NCBI GenBank assembly: GCA_013359225.1
Contig: JABWCG010000002.1
Coordinates: 113,470 to 177,469 of the forward strand
Length of the DNA stretch: 64,000 nucleotides
Origin: Candidatus Buchananbacteria bacterium
GTDB taxonomy: Bacteria; Patescibacteriota; Patescibacteriia; Buchananbacterales; UBA6539
Direction of reading: 5' to 3'
The position numbers were made by a program, and so were the translations under genes. The notes beneath the pieces were generated by a model. The model was not told the origin of the DNA, did no database searches, and saw only the letters and a program-made list of their open reading frames with translations. Within the stretch, counting starts at the first letter, position 1; every line of letters begins with the position of its first letter. Below are positions 39,901 to 48,243 of the stretch, piece after piece.

Positions 39901-42900
39901 TGTTTGGTGCCAAATGACAACGGGTTGATTGCGTATTATCCGCTTGATGGGGTGGAGGCTGATTACTCCGGAAATGAGTTGGATGGTTTGAAAAACACAA
40001 ACGCTCCGTACCTGCCAGGCAAGTTTGGTCAGGCGGCGAATTTCTCAAGTGCTGATGAGTGGATTGAGGTTGCCAGTAACAGCAAGTTGCAGGTCTCTGG
40101 AGAGTTAACGGTAAGCGCCTGGGTTAATCTTAATGAAGGACTAAGCGGCGCCAACCCTGATGAACGAGGTCTTGGCATTATTGCTTCCGAATATGATTGG
40201 AATAGCGGCGGTGGCACTGAAACCGGCTGGACTTTAGGAGATGACTGGGGATGCAGCAATGCCGCCGGCAGTCCTTGTCCACCCGCCGATCAAATTTACT
40301 TTTCGGTTTTTGGTTCGGGCGGCTCGGTAGTTCGTGCCTATGCTAATAATTTTGCTCAAAACTATCTAGACCAGTGGGTATTAGTAACTGGTGTGTTTAA
40401 GCCTGGGCAGTATGTAAAACTCTATATTAATGGTGAAGAAAAATCGAGTACGGCGACAAATATTTCGTCTATTGTTTATAGCGCTGATACACCGCTACGA
40501 ATTGGTCACCGAGCTGATAATGATTATCAGGGTAACTGGATTGGCCGAATTGATGATGTCAAAATTTACAATCGGGCGCTAAGCGCTTCGGAAATTGCCG
40601 GACTGATGAAGCCAAATGTTTTGGAGTGCGTTTTCAATGTGCCGGCCAGAGGTAACCCGCAGCAAACTATTACTGATAATTATCAGTCGGTCGCTGAAGG
40701 CCGTAGCGTGTATGTTGGTGCCACTAATCGTCGGGCCAATGCGTTATGGTCGGATATTTACTTGATGTCCTATAGCCAGGGTGCGTCAAATAATACCATT
40801 GAAATTTTCAATCGGTTGCTTGATCCGGAACAGCTGACTGGCCGTTGGAGCTTTAATGCAAACGTTTCAAACCATCGGGTTTGTGATATTTATGGCTACT
40901 TTGAAGACACGACTAACATCTGTAGTGGTATTGGCACGTCCAATTTTGATTATTGTTCAACACTAGGAACCCCCGCCGCCTGTAATAATGACGCCGTTAC
41001 GTATGGCTGTTATTGGGATAGCCAGTTTGAAGTTTGTCTGGGTAAGATGTGTGAAGCAATTTATTGTGAAAATGATTTTGAATGTCCGAACTTAAGTTGT
41101 AATGCCAATAAGGAAAAAATTGTTCGCGATGCCGAGCGGTATGGTGACTTGCGTGATTTGCAGCTGGCCTTAAATCGATACGGCCAGACTAAGGGTGGTT
41201 ATCCGACCCTGGGCGGCGGTACCTACGTTCCAAACACGACGTTCTCGCAATGGCCAAGCTGGCAGCAGACGCTTGGAGCGGACTTGGGCGGGCGGCTATA
41301 TGTTGATCCGATTAATCGTTTTGTCGGTTGTTCAGATCATTATTGCGATGATAATGAAAGCGGTACTATTGACTCGGGTGAACGAACATTCTGTTTGGTT
41401 GGTGATGTTGATGCTTGCAGCAGCCGGCCGTACCTTTGTCTGGCGATTGATCCAGATCAGGAAGTAACTTGCTGGGATGAAATTACCAAGCAGTTCAGCT
41501 GCCCGGCTCAAATGTTCTCGTATGCCTATAACGCCATTAACGGCGGTGGTGACTACGCGCTTTATACTTCTTTTGAATATGATCAAATTGGCAGCTGGCG
41601 CAGTTTGCCGGGGTATTTCTGTGATACCAATAATAACGGTTCAATTCAAATCGATCAGGAAACAATCCGCTGTACGGTGAATGCCGACTGTACCAGCGGT
41701 GCCTGTTTGGCTTCAGCGGAAGCGGATTTATATGAATTGCCATTAACATCAACTGATGTTGAGTGTCGTGAATTAAACTTTACTTTGGATGCGGCAACAA
41801 TTAGCGGGGGAGTGAGTCCGGCTGAGTGCGCTGCCCGACGCTGTTATGGCGGTACTAATGATCCGGAAAACGATGAGTGTAATAGCGGAGAGGTAACTGA
41901 ATGTCCGGATTCCGGTCCTGGTACGTATTGTACGGGCGACGCTGATTATGATGGCATTTGTGATGTGGATGTCGGAACCGATAACTGTAATCCGTTCCTG
42001 GATTGTAAAGCTAACCCTCGTGATTGTTATAATCCTGATCAGCGCGATAGCGGAGGTATCCCCGGAAAAGGAGACGTTTGCGACGCGACGTGCGGTGCCG
42101 ACACCGACTCTGATGGTGTTTGCGACAGTTCGGATACTTGCCGCAACGTGTATAATCCGGCCAATGCCAGCTGTCTGGATGGCCATAGCAATCGAACCAA
42201 TGGTCAGTGTGATTATGACCTGGACAACATCGGCGACGCGTGTGACCCGTGTACTGATTTAGACCGTGATGGTTTTTGGGACAAAAATACTCCCGCCAAC
42301 ACCTGTTTGGCCGACAACTGTGCGGTAGGTCTGACCGTTTCAAATGATCGTTTTGGTTATTGCAGTGGTGATTTATCTATTCAGTGTAGTCCGGGCGCGG
42401 CCGGCAATACCATTTGTGCGGGCGCTGGAGCCGGTAGTTGTGTCCAACAGACTGGTAGTCTGGCTACTTATAATCCGTACCAGGAAGATTATGACGGAGA
42501 CGGCGTGGGATATATTTGTGATTTTTGTATTGATTTTGACGGCGATAGTCATGGTGATTATCCGTTTTATACCAGTTCAATGTTCGTGACAACCTTAACT
42601 CCTAACCAGCAGCAACATTTTAGTAGTTGTACTTCCGGCACGGCTTGGCCGGGCAACCCGGGAAATATTAATGACATTGACAACTGTCCGGGCGGACCGT
42701 TTGGTGCTGAATGTACAGATGAGTTCGGCATTGAAGTTTCTTGTTATAACCCCAGCGGCACGGCTTGGGAAGACCTGAATGGCACAAGCCACACCGGACA
42801 AAAAGATTTTAACCTAGATGGTATTGGTGACATTTGTGATGAATTTCGTGTTGGACTGGTTAATTGTGGCGACGGTATTACCGACCCGGGAGGCGGGGAA

Positions 42901-45900
42901 GCGTGTGACTGTGGTAAGTATGCCCTAACTTCCGATCCCTCAAGCCCGATTGTCTGCAGTACGATTAACGACCAACCCTGCAATCCCGGATATGATTCCA
43001 ATGTTGGCAATGGTTTGAATAATTGTAATTGGTGTTACCGCTGTCAGGAAGTAAAGAATGAAGAGGCGGGATATTGTGGTGATGATATCGTTCAGGCGCC
43101 TCAGGAAAACTGTGAACGTGGCAACGCTGGTTGTGATAATTCCTGCCAAAATTTTGAGCCGGCGGAATATTGTGACGCCAATGGGTATGATTCGGAAGTT
43201 ATTCATTTTAATTCGCCCACCGGCCAAACTTCTCATAATTTCTTAAATACCACTCCGGTTTACTTTTATATTCCGGAATGTAGTATCACTAACAGCACAG
43301 AGGTTAGTTTTGATATTGATATTACCGGCTCATTGCCGGATACGGGTATTGTTTTTGTAACAGATGTTTCCGGCAGTATGGCCGGCACCCGAATTACTGA
43401 CGCCAAGGCAGCAATAATTAATACTATTAATGATTTTGCTGCTACCGCCTTTGCCGGTAAAATTCATATTGGTTTGGTGAGCTATTCCACTGATAAAAGC
43501 CTTGATTCACCATTGGTGAAGGTTGATAACCCCACTAATGTCCAAAACTTGATCGCTAAAGTCAACGCATATGATGCCGTTGGCGGTACTGAACCGGATA
43601 AAGCAGTTCAGGAAGCAACTACAATGTTAGGCAGTTTTACCGGTAATCGTATTATGATTTTTATGACGGACGGTGATTCTCATTATACTTATGGTAATTA
43701 TGGTCCAGGTGAACCAGTCTGTTATGGCAGCCTTGATCACGGTAGTAACTGTCACGTAGTGCCAGTCTGTGAACATACGTGTGCGTATACTTGTAATGGC
43801 TCTGCTTGCCAGGAGTGCACAGCGACAAATATTTGGGGAGCCTGTACTACTTGGACAAATCGTTCGGGAACCTGCTGTCCTGATTGTCCCGGTAGTGTAG
43901 CGTATGAATTTACCTGTTCAGCCGCAAGTGTTTGTACTGGCTGTATTGCGAGCTCATCTAGTTTTACAAATGATTCTGATATTGCCAAGGGCGCACCTTA
44001 TAATATTGTTATTTATGGCGCGGCTTTTACGGGAGGCACTCAGACCGCTAACCCCACAGAAGTGAATTTAACTTCTTCTAACTGTCTTGGTGGTTCATGC
44101 AGTTCGAATTTCTGTAATAGTGGGTATTGTTTTGGTGAAGGTGGTTTAACTTTTGAAGATATTTATGGTGCAATTTATGATCAGATTGTTGAGGAGTTGG
44201 GGTATAGTTTTTCCGTTCTGGTTGATGGTGTTATGACAACTCCGATTGATTTGCCATATCAATCGCCCACGGGCGGTAGCTATCCGAATCAAACTATTGA
44301 TTTACCAAGTAACATTTGTACCAGCGGCACGGTTAATCCGTCTTATCCTGATTTTGGCCAACACACCTTGCAATTGGTTGGGCTGCCAAGCGGCATTCAA
44401 GCCAGTTTTAGCGGCGCGGCGGTGAATTATTGTACGACGTGTGATGAAGATAATGACGGCGTGATGGACGCGTCTTGCGGCGGCGCTGACTGTAATCCGG
44501 CGAACGCTAATATTCCGGTTGCGGAGTTAATTGCCGCCGGTAACTGTACTGACAATATTGATAATGACTGTGATGGCACTAAAGACGGAGCGGATATCGG
44601 GTGTGTTGATCCCGGAGGTGGGGGAACAATCCAAGAAGGAATTGGCAACTGTGCTGACGGCATTGATAATGATGTTGATTCCCGAACTGACTGCGCTGAT
44701 CCTGAATGTGTCGGAAAGCCCGGCCCTAACGGTGTGACTTGTTGCCAGGTGGGAACTGATTGTTCAACTTACGGCACGGGGCAATGTAACGCCTGTTCTA
44801 ACAATGTTTGTGTTGCGGTAACGGCCATTAATGGCAGTAATTGCGAAGGTACTTGCAGTTTTTGTAGCAATGGTACTTGTGTTAATCGCGAAACAGGTGA
44901 CGGTCGCGAATGTCCGGCCGGTTGGGCCTGTACTGGTCCGGCGGCAACAGCATACTGCTCGCCAAATGTTTCAGCTGAAAATTGCAGCCAAGCCGGCGAT
45001 GAAGACGGTGATGGTTTGGCCGATTGTGCGGACGTTGACGATTGTGACGGCCATACTGCGCCGGATGGCGGCATTTGTTGTACTGATAGTTTTGACTGTG
45101 GTGGTACGTGTCAGACTTGTTCGCCCACTGCTAAGCGGTGTGTACCTTATACCGGATTAAACGGTGGTCTGTGTTCTGGCGCCTGTACATATTGTAGTAA
45201 CGGCAGCTGCGTTGCCCGAACTAATGGCGACGGGCTTGAATGTCCGGTTGGTACTGTTTGTTCTGGTATGAGTTGTGTTGATCCGGGCGCTTCCAATGAT
45301 TGTACGGTGCCATCCTCAAAAGTTTGCCCATTCCAGCAGGGTGTTTGTAGTGGTTCGCGGGAAAATTGTGTGGCGCCGGGTGTCTGGCCGGGCTGTGATT
45401 ATCAAACATATGTAAACCATGCCGCCTCAACCGGCAAAACATATGAGGCTGGATTTGAATCACTTTGTACGGACGGTCAGGATAATGATTGTGACGGGCA
45501 GACTGACAGTGCCGATTCTGATTGTGGCGCGGTTTGTAACGATAATGGCACTTGCGACGGAGCGGAGAACTGTTCTAACTGTCCGGATGAATGTGCTTGT
45601 CTGCCGGGACAGTTGTGCTGTGGCGCGGCGACGTATAGCTGCGAAGTTCCGGATTGTAATGCTAATATTGATTGTAACGACAGCAACGCATCAACAATTG
45701 ATGTCTGCCAGGGTGCGGCGACTTGTAATGCAACTTGTATTCATACGCCGATTACGGCTTGTAGTAATGGGGACGGGTACTGTCCGGCCGGTTGTACGGC
45801 GTCTAATGATACTGACTGTGCTCCGGTCGCCGCATGTCAGGATACGGATGGCGGCAGCACGGTGTATACCACCCAGGGAACGGTTAGTGACGGCGTTGGC

Positions 45901-48225
45901 GGTGCCGTATTTGCGCCAAGAACTGATTCGTGTTCCGGCAATGTTTTAACGGAATATGGCTGTAACGGTGCCAACTTTACTTCATCAACCTATAATTGTG
46001 CCAGCGTTGCAAATACTATTTGTAGCAATGGTGCCTGTGTTTTACAGGCGGGAGTTAATAGCTGCAGCGACTCTGACGGCGGCGCTAACTATACGACGAT
46101 TGGCACGGTTTCCGGACAAGTTGATAGTGCAAACTATACTCATACTGATCAATGTGCCAGCGGCACCACTTTAACTGAATGGACTTGCAGTGGCACTCAG
46201 GCCGTTTCTTCGTCGCCAGCTTTTGACTGTACGACGCTTGGTGCCGGCTATACCTGTAGCAACGGCCGTTGTATTGCTCCGCCGCCAGTTTTTGTAAATT
46301 ACTATTGTAATACCGACGGTGACAGCGCGGTCAGCAGTTCGGTAACGATTAACTGCCAGCAGGGCACTGTTAATTGTCCGCCGGCCGGTCAGGGCTGTGT
46401 GACCGCACCAGGCACTGATTGTAATGATTCTAATTCTCAAATCTATCCAGGCGCCCCGGAGACTGCCTGCAATGGTGTTAATAATGACTGTGACGCTCAA
46501 ACCGATGAAGATTATGCTGTTATTTCCGGTCCAACGTGTGGTGTTGGCGCCTGCCAGACCACTGGCCAGCTCGTTTGCCAGAGCGGTACGATTACGGATA
46601 CTTGTACGCCCTTGCCGCCTTCAACTGAAGTGTGCGGTGACAGCGTCGACAACGATTGTAACGGAATCGTTGATAATGGTTGTATAAACGAGTGCACTCC
46701 GGGAGAACAAATTTCGTGCGGCGCTTTGGATCCAGTAAACTACAAGGGCGTTTGCGCTGCTCCAACAATTACCTGTAACGCTTTAGGCGCCTGGCCGCGA
46801 ACTGAATGTACGGCCCAAAAGAAAACCAGTGAAGTCGGTTTTTGTACGGATAATTTAGATAATGATTGTGATGGTTTTGCTGACTGTCAGGAAACCACTG
46901 ATTGTCCGGCGGGTAACGTTTGTTCCGGCAACTGTTTAGCTGGTGCGACGTGTAATGTTAGCGCCGGACCGACACAGTTTGACTGGATTTGTAATGCTCA
47001 GCCAGCGGCTTTTTGCGGCGGCACTGGCACGGCGTGCGGCTTGTGTGTTGAGGTTTCAGCTGGTAATTTCCAGTGCCAATCAAACGCTTCGGCCTGTAGT
47101 GGCGGTGCTGGGTATTGTGGTGTCTGTCAAGATCAGGGTGGCGGCGTGAATTTCAGCTGTGCACCAAACAATAATGCCTGTACGGCAGTTTGTACAACTT
47201 GTAGCAGCTCAACATTGTCGTGTGTTACTGTGGTGAATAATCAAGATACTGACGGCGCAAACCAGTGTCATGATACGGTTGGCTGCTCCGGTACGTCGTG
47301 CTCATGTAGCGTTGCCGGCGTTTGCCAAAACTGTGAAGATAATGATCATGACGGTTTATGTAATGAAATTGATGTTTGTCCGTATGATCCGGATAATGAC
47401 TTGGACAATGACGGTCTGTGTGCAGTTGGTTGTTTTAGTGGCCCGTCTCGTTTTGGCTCGCTAACCAACGGGTATATTTGTGATGCGGCCGCGTCCAATG
47501 TGTTACGCGACACTTGCCAGGGCGGCAGCAATCAGGACAGTGGCGGCTTGGGTGGCGTGCCGGACGACTGTGAGATCAATAGCTGCAAGGTGGTATTTGG
47601 CGCTCAAGACTACCTAAATATTTATATCAATGGTAAACTGGTTACTGGTAATTTATCTTTGCCGCAATATGTAAGCGGCAACCCGCCGGCGGATGTGATT
47701 GACAACGTGTTTGTCAGCCTTGATGATTATATTGCGTCCGGTGAAAACGTTATTGCAATTGAAGCTTACGTCGAAAAAGCCCGCGGTTCATATCCAGATT
47801 ACGCTCAGGCATATCGTCAGATTAGGGGAGCGTTTGCCAAGGTGACTGATCCGAGCTGTACTACCACCGGCTGTGGTTTATGTGATGCGTCCAGTTTAAG
47901 CGGCACGGCTTTAAGGACCGATCCGGTTTCCGGCAGTACGAATACTCCGGATATGCCGCTGAAATGTTTAGTGGTAAATGATACTACTAGTCCGGCGCCG
48001 ACAAACTGGAACAAGGTTGGTTTTAGCGAATCCGGCTGGTCTGATAGCGCAAACGGTTCAGCGCAAATTACTAATCCGTTCCAAGAAATTGAAGAGCGGC
48101 TCTGGAGTTCAGCCTACTATAGCAGCGTAACCAGTCCGCGCTACAACAGTCCGAAAGCGGTTTGGGCGGGCGGTAATTATACTTCAACTAGCAAGATTTA
48201 CTGTCGCTATACTTTCATTAAATAA
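30955..48225 (+). CDS. Giant (5756 aa) multidomain surface adhesin-like protein with a TrbC/VirB2-like N-terminal pilin/anchor module. It also has IPT/TIG-like Ig domains, Myxococcus-type cysteine-rich repeats (two clusters), a LamG/ConA-like lectin domain, thrombospondin type-3 Ca-binding repeats, a VWA domain with MIDAS, and many MopE-like 'CxDxxDNDCDGxxD' metal-binding motifs.
   Basis: A single 17,271-nt ORF has no stop codons. I recognise these motifs directly:
- CxxxCGDGxxxxxEECDDGNxxxGDGCSxxC repeats at about 35233-35700 and 36958-37560
- LamG-like 'LIAYYPLDG...KLYINGEEK...DDVKIYNRALSASEI' at about 39925-40610
- TSP3 'NPDQRDSGGIPGKGDVCD', 'DYDGDGVGYICD' and related repeats at about 41930-42850
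- VWA 'IVFVTDVSGSMAG...MIFMTDGDS' at about 43330-43690
- MopE-like motifs scattered across 44400-46900. Confidence 0.7.
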   Translation: MIPKKSKIKKLILPIVFGLVLGSFLVGSSVLALETGLGYGTFSGLGTQDLRVSVMNVVRAILGFLGVLAIVIIFYGGFIWMTAGGNADRIATAKKILTNAVIGLVIIFTSFAITSFVINQLINATGAGGGGITPGSCDEPSDVGAVNGCYVCTDFGSNYGWQVDCSINGCCPGPAQCGVVSITPSSPPNQPMNAVVRVRFNLPTITGVDEIQVIDTTTGNPVAVNRTVVGNVVEIRPTAFCAAPQDALNCFPANTTFNIAMNSGSIQCGGQNLVCGGFPDPCQGSFTTGDFVDIAGPTVELVDRQICQGTTNELRALVNDDYGIDNVQFFDTTYGVLISTDTNVSVPPEGFATGNWDTSTYAINEFVTVEARASDYDSHVATDQLQFTIRAGHCCNAVQDGDETGLNCGGNDCEACNPVIEWVSPLNGEQGNLITVHGRHFGDIPGTVTFLGAPNDGGADNQDGLNPASINPQCSNYWTDTEIVTVVPDAQDGPIMVRANNGTVDTTNELPGNTIADFDRNDVERPGICTVVPSSGEPGDAVVIHGLRLDAGSEVYFSSVLAGGTPVADGLMVTGATVPNLDPAQVGLRVKNQTQFSNPKTFSVGDANAPGQFQCSSDQLTCSPDQSKCTPDKFCNSSCNCEPRQTCDTNTGTPSCEPSQGLCDPGWFCYNPLPDGTHQPDPNKLACHCYQAQFCDDPTLAADVQNPACHPNDGACPDNYTCDPNSNCTCQPVSSIGDDSAYGWFFQSGIKPGSCSNEAGICDPNSALCNNGETCNPTTCNCEPTTQFACSSDPNVCSPDPDLCETGTFCNQTCQCETLVPCDADPNSPSCEPSACPQSYFCYSASVGDPGYDAKKLDCYCYPGILCDGDISTPVCDPDNDFCPTDYECNPNSCFCEAQVKVSDSSTYTWFFNTTSFGPRVVESCNRSNTCDIDSYSSPSPYNVSGTRAGGYTVSGARPDDGAIPVDSIITAMFTTEMVENSINETSVIVLRCNEASQPFNPTSCGAQQIIDDNGIDVHGCDYLGEAVTCFDFEPSALLTKNYWYQVTLNTSQIFGTNGVNLIGNSIDNNYRWVFKTRDSDELSRVACVYVEPTYQTAYNLGAEHDWNAYVSPEDFVCVLMNPDRSCTWDWTTSDGRATVIDQNGNEATTQALAETLPDPPVDVIASCTFSDGQKDGEGKLTIDLTSPYVIDKFPDCGTACLNARIGATFSRAMDAVSVTDAMTLYICYNNPNCEIGPANEVTSFSKPTAPAPDEAPNTFVGDMPCFDVNDDGKYDYCLLPDTYYRVVINNTAVSANDNKPLAGLNFDDPTLGGTGDLDSYSWIFKTQADAGLCLPDRIDVFPQDEVTPVDTTINYASRPRTAGDACDPEFGQRLNPYIWSWDYDTNLVSRQFDNPFCSGYEVANLLSTAPQNYCTERLPGSLRQSCGNNVIEIGESCDDGNLVNGDGCSNSCLHEGTVTPTCGDGKIGAGEECETPGSNYCGADCLWVGNTDYDLEVCGNGIVELSEMCEYPNTPGCGATCLLSGTTGAAICGNGVIDRGEECDEAERLNGDAPSSGDYNGDGISCGPTCLIENRGIGVCRSVATNKFDFTQNGGSCNTGYVAVPLNTATGNSNVGSVCGNRITELGEQCDLGGRCSDNNKPCTVSNLSNCANSATATCEPRDTYCFDPGNATDGQTCPTPGSACGTSGVCIANTCTVECLNAGYPSGFYSDNISPYQIAAATKDGETYIQSWIGGYSPVDTGPMGEGHLLVGNGGGNQFVIVERWPDCGSACLNADIGGRFSKSADPNTVNDLQAIDLGADRIFLYECGLDYSCAIDSLEPIEVSVDSYIEEYVNDAFRINLPLFYNLIDHDNNPSTPMVNALLPNTNYRVVVRNTVTSAEGLALTGLNFDDPYYDYQNPDTGSRLDSHSWVFRTQDTSEICSLDSVNVNPDDYYSESDASVRYSSEPRSEPDVCDPRYGQRLNPFYYDWNWDDEEVTGNPTPPPTFLNSAEFALPLRDGCGNALLQFGEDCDDGNLDNGDGCSSVCLNEGTTAPTCGNNKIDRGEECEPPSTGYCGANCLLIGNDNYTPIALGGYRLDDVCGNGVVEPGEECDEGTEPNGNEADGCTDYCRYTGSVPAALSICGDGQIGLGEECDDADFSNGSPVASGDGCSGTDPIAACTGLDRTACTAFPAANTCYWTGSTCKTRPCLVENRNVAICRSDRAGEFDFNQSPAACEDGYDPYNLTSVSGNNNFETPICGNRVIEEGEECDLGGRCSDNGRRCIPTDLSNCANPKTAVCELALGICTSDGTTCTVIGSACGSGGTCFSTGCSAECLNAGAIEDSLLQDTLIDPYQVVNTLSVPTVLAEVNEEIKAFATIQPNAVGVGLLHVVPGSQVDFAVIGHQPAIGATNQCLNVGIWALFSRPLNTETLSADSIRLCQGGDCSLVKNYSYRIVQGECGDDSFCHFPEHLSDVDSFGVCHNDFDCVGGQLIVRSLNTDTGFLDPNQDYEVRVDQNNLQDINGMTLAEANTCNGQTSCEWGFSSGTDFCECEYVSVSINPTTGGSETVKDLFTCAGDDCGSGTVSPFDDDAANGNPATEQNLAGNQHLYDTVCYDIHNNEGGRIPLLPTGLRFEWAVFPNDDLIYLTDSDATDFINDASFVTPNNKNGDSDVFITAYEYHCGDGPNFCDPQSAGACGDCGGDKAVNQTVRVTNFMCNNPWPGVEVFEDSDTNCDDANNCYDTNFTMLYCRDQGQEGVHDDLPPLYEDPLVLGNNPASPAIKDFIFTFASTGVNRTVNDRTPSNKTWTGGVGSNYQFTVAQTGNYAVKIDGYNYPTPGWGNSADLSSRVQPNPALFDSNVNYNGFNIDVYLRTGTCSASPAQKSGTAVLLPYDETNPQTGSVSLGQLTAGETYCMEFRWTNDWCKCNPECLASGGTLDDQCDANFHFLGWQVISENTSNDAIGIRVLENPLHLSPTTWYSSGLCGGVAEFDSLCFSDADCLVPNDNGLIAYYPLDGVEADYSGNELDGLKNTNAPYLPGKFGQAANFSSADEWIEVASNSKLQVSGELTVSAWVNLNEGLSGANPDERGLGIIASEYDWNSGGGTETGWTLGDDWGCSNAAGSPCPPADQIYFSVFGSGGSVVRAYANNFAQNYLDQWVLVTGVFKPGQYVKLYINGEEKSSTATNISSIVYSADTPLRIGHRADNDYQGNWIGRIDDVKIYNRALSASEIAGLMKPNVLECVFNVPARGNPQQTITDNYQSVAEGRSVYVGATNRRANALWSDIYLMSYSQGASNNTIEIFNRLLDPEQLTGRWSFNANVSNHRVCDIYGYFEDTTNICSGIGTSNFDYCSTLGTPAACNNDAVTYGCYWDSQFEVCLGKMCEAIYCENDFECPNLSCNANKEKIVRDAERYGDLRDLQLALNRYGQTKGGYPTLGGGTYVPNTTFSQWPSWQQTLGADLGGRLYVDPINRFVGCSDHYCDDNESGTIDSGERTFCLVGDVDACSSRPYLCLAIDPDQEVTCWDEITKQFSCPAQMFSYAYNAINGGGDYALYTSFEYDQIGSWRSLPGYFCDTNNNGSIQIDQETIRCTVNADCTSGACLASAEADLYELPLTSTDVECRELNFTLDAATISGGVSPAECAARRCYGGTNDPENDECNSGEVTECPDSGPGTYCTGDADYDGICDVDVGTDNCNPFLDCKANPRDCYNPDQRDSGGIPGKGDVCDATCGADTDSDGVCDSSDTCRNVYNPANASCLDGHSNRTNGQCDYDLDNIGDACDPCTDLDRDGFWDKNTPANTCLADNCAVGLTVSNDRFGYCSGDLSIQCSPGAAGNTICAGAGAGSCVQQTGSLATYNPYQEDYDGDGVGYICDFCIDFDGDSHGDYPFYTSSMFVTTLTPNQQQHFSSCTSGTAWPGNPGNINDIDNCPGGPFGAECTDEFGIEVSCYNPSGTAWEDLNGTSHTGQKDFNLDGIGDICDEFRVGLVNCGDGITDPGGGEACDCGKYALTSDPSSPIVCSTINDQPCNPGYDSNVGNGLNNCNWCYRCQEVKNEEAGYCGDDIVQAPQENCERGNAGCDNSCQNFEPAEYCDANGYDSEVIHFNSPTGQTSHNFLNTTPVYFYIPECSITNSTEVSFDIDITGSLPDTGIVFVTDVSGSMAGTRITDAKAAIINTINDFAATAFAGKIHIGLVSYSTDKSLDSPLVKVDNPTNVQNLIAKVNAYDAVGGTEPDKAVQEATTMLGSFTGNRIMIFMTDGDSHYTYGNYGPGEPVCYGSLDHGSNCHVVPVCEHTCAYTCNGSACQECTATNIWGACTTWTNRSGTCCPDCPGSVAYEFTCSAASVCTGCIASSSSFTNDSDIAKGAPYNIVIYGAAFTGGTQTANPTEVNLTSSNCLGGSCSSNFCNSGYCFGEGGLTFEDIYGAIYDQIVEELGYSFSVLVDGVMTTPIDLPYQSPTGGSYPNQTIDLPSNICTSGTVNPSYPDFGQHTLQLVGLPSGIQASFSGAAVNYCTTCDEDNDGVMDASCGGADCNPANANIPVAELIAAGNCTDNIDNDCDGTKDGADIGCVDPGGGGTIQEGIGNCADGIDNDVDSRTDCADPECVGKPGPNGVTCCQVGTDCSTYGTGQCNACSNNVCVAVTAINGSNCEGTCSFCSNGTCVNRETGDGRECPAGWACTGPAATAYCSPNVSAENCSQAGDEDGDGLADCADVDDCDGHTAPDGGICCTDSFDCGGTCQTCSPTAKRCVPYTGLNGGLCSGACTYCSNGSCVARTNGDGLECPVGTVCSGMSCVDPGASNDCTVPSSKVCPFQQGVCSGSRENCVAPGVWPGCDYQTYVNHAASTGKTYEAGFESLCTDGQDNDCDGQTDSADSDCGAVCNDNGTCDGAENCSNCPDECACLPGQLCCGAATYSCEVPDCNANIDCNDSNASTIDVCQGAATCNATCIHTPITACSNGDGYCPAGCTASNDTDCAPVAACQDTDGGSTVYTTQGTVSDGVGGAVFAPRTDSCSGNVLTEYGCNGANFTSSTYNCASVANTICSNGACVLQAGVNSCSDSDGGANYTTIGTVSGQVDSANYTHTDQCASGTTLTEWTCSGTQAVSSSPAFDCTTLGAGYTCSNGRCIAPPPVFVNYYCNTDGDSAVSSSVTINCQQGTVNCPPAGQGCVTAPGTDCNDSNSQIYPGAPETACNGVNNDCDAQTDEDYAVISGPTCGVGACQTTGQLVCQSGTITDTCTPLPPSTEVCGDSVDNDCNGIVDNGCINECTPGEQISCGALDPVNYKGVCAAPTITCNALGAWPRTECTAQKKTSEVGFCTDNLDNDCDGFADCQETTDCPAGNVCSGNCLAGATCNVSAGPTQFDWICNAQPAAFCGGTGTACGLCVEVSAGNFQCQSNASACSGGAGYCGVCQDQGGGVNFSCAPNNNACTAVCTTCSSSTLSCVTVVNNQDTDGANQCHDTVGCSGTSCSCSVAGVCQNCEDNDHDGLCNEIDVCPYDPDNDLDNDGLCAVGCFSGPSRFGSLTNGYICDAAASNVLRDTCQGGSNQDSGGLGGVPDDCEINSCKVVFGAQDYLNIYINGKLVTGNLSLPQYVSGNPPADVIDNVFVSLDDYIASGENVIAIEAYVEKARGSYPDYAQAYRQIRGAFAKVTDPSCTTTGCGLCDASSLSGTALRTDPVSGSTNTPDMPLKCLVVNDTTSPAPTNWNKVGFSESGWSDSANGSAQITNPFQEIEERLWSSAYYSSVTSPRYNSPKAVWAGGNYTSTSKIYCRYTFIK
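34531..37922 (+). repeat. Diverged internal tandem duplication inside the giant gene: two ~1.6 kb units (34531-36066 and 36247-37922)
   Basis: Protein segments align between the units:
- FPDCGTACLNARIGATFSRAMD / WPDCGSACLNADIGGRFSKSAD
- LPDTYYRVVINNTAVSAN...SYSWIFKTQ / LPNTNYRVVVRNTVTSAE...SHSWVFRTQ
- CDPEFGQRLNPYIW / CDPRYGQRLNPFYY
- both end in ...TVECLNAGY / ...SAECLNAGA. Confidence 0.7.
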
Positions 48226-48243
48226 TTAATCAAGTAAAAACGT

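Noticed and set aside
31264-47531. Dozens of 60-240-aa ORFs on the minus strand and in alternative plus frames inside the giant gene (for example 36746..37474, 34507..34986, 45419..45949)
   Set aside because: They lie antisense or out of frame within a continuous, domain-rich 17-kb coding frame. Their translations are low-complexity (Arg/His/Pro-rich), which is typical of shadow ORFs in coding sequence.
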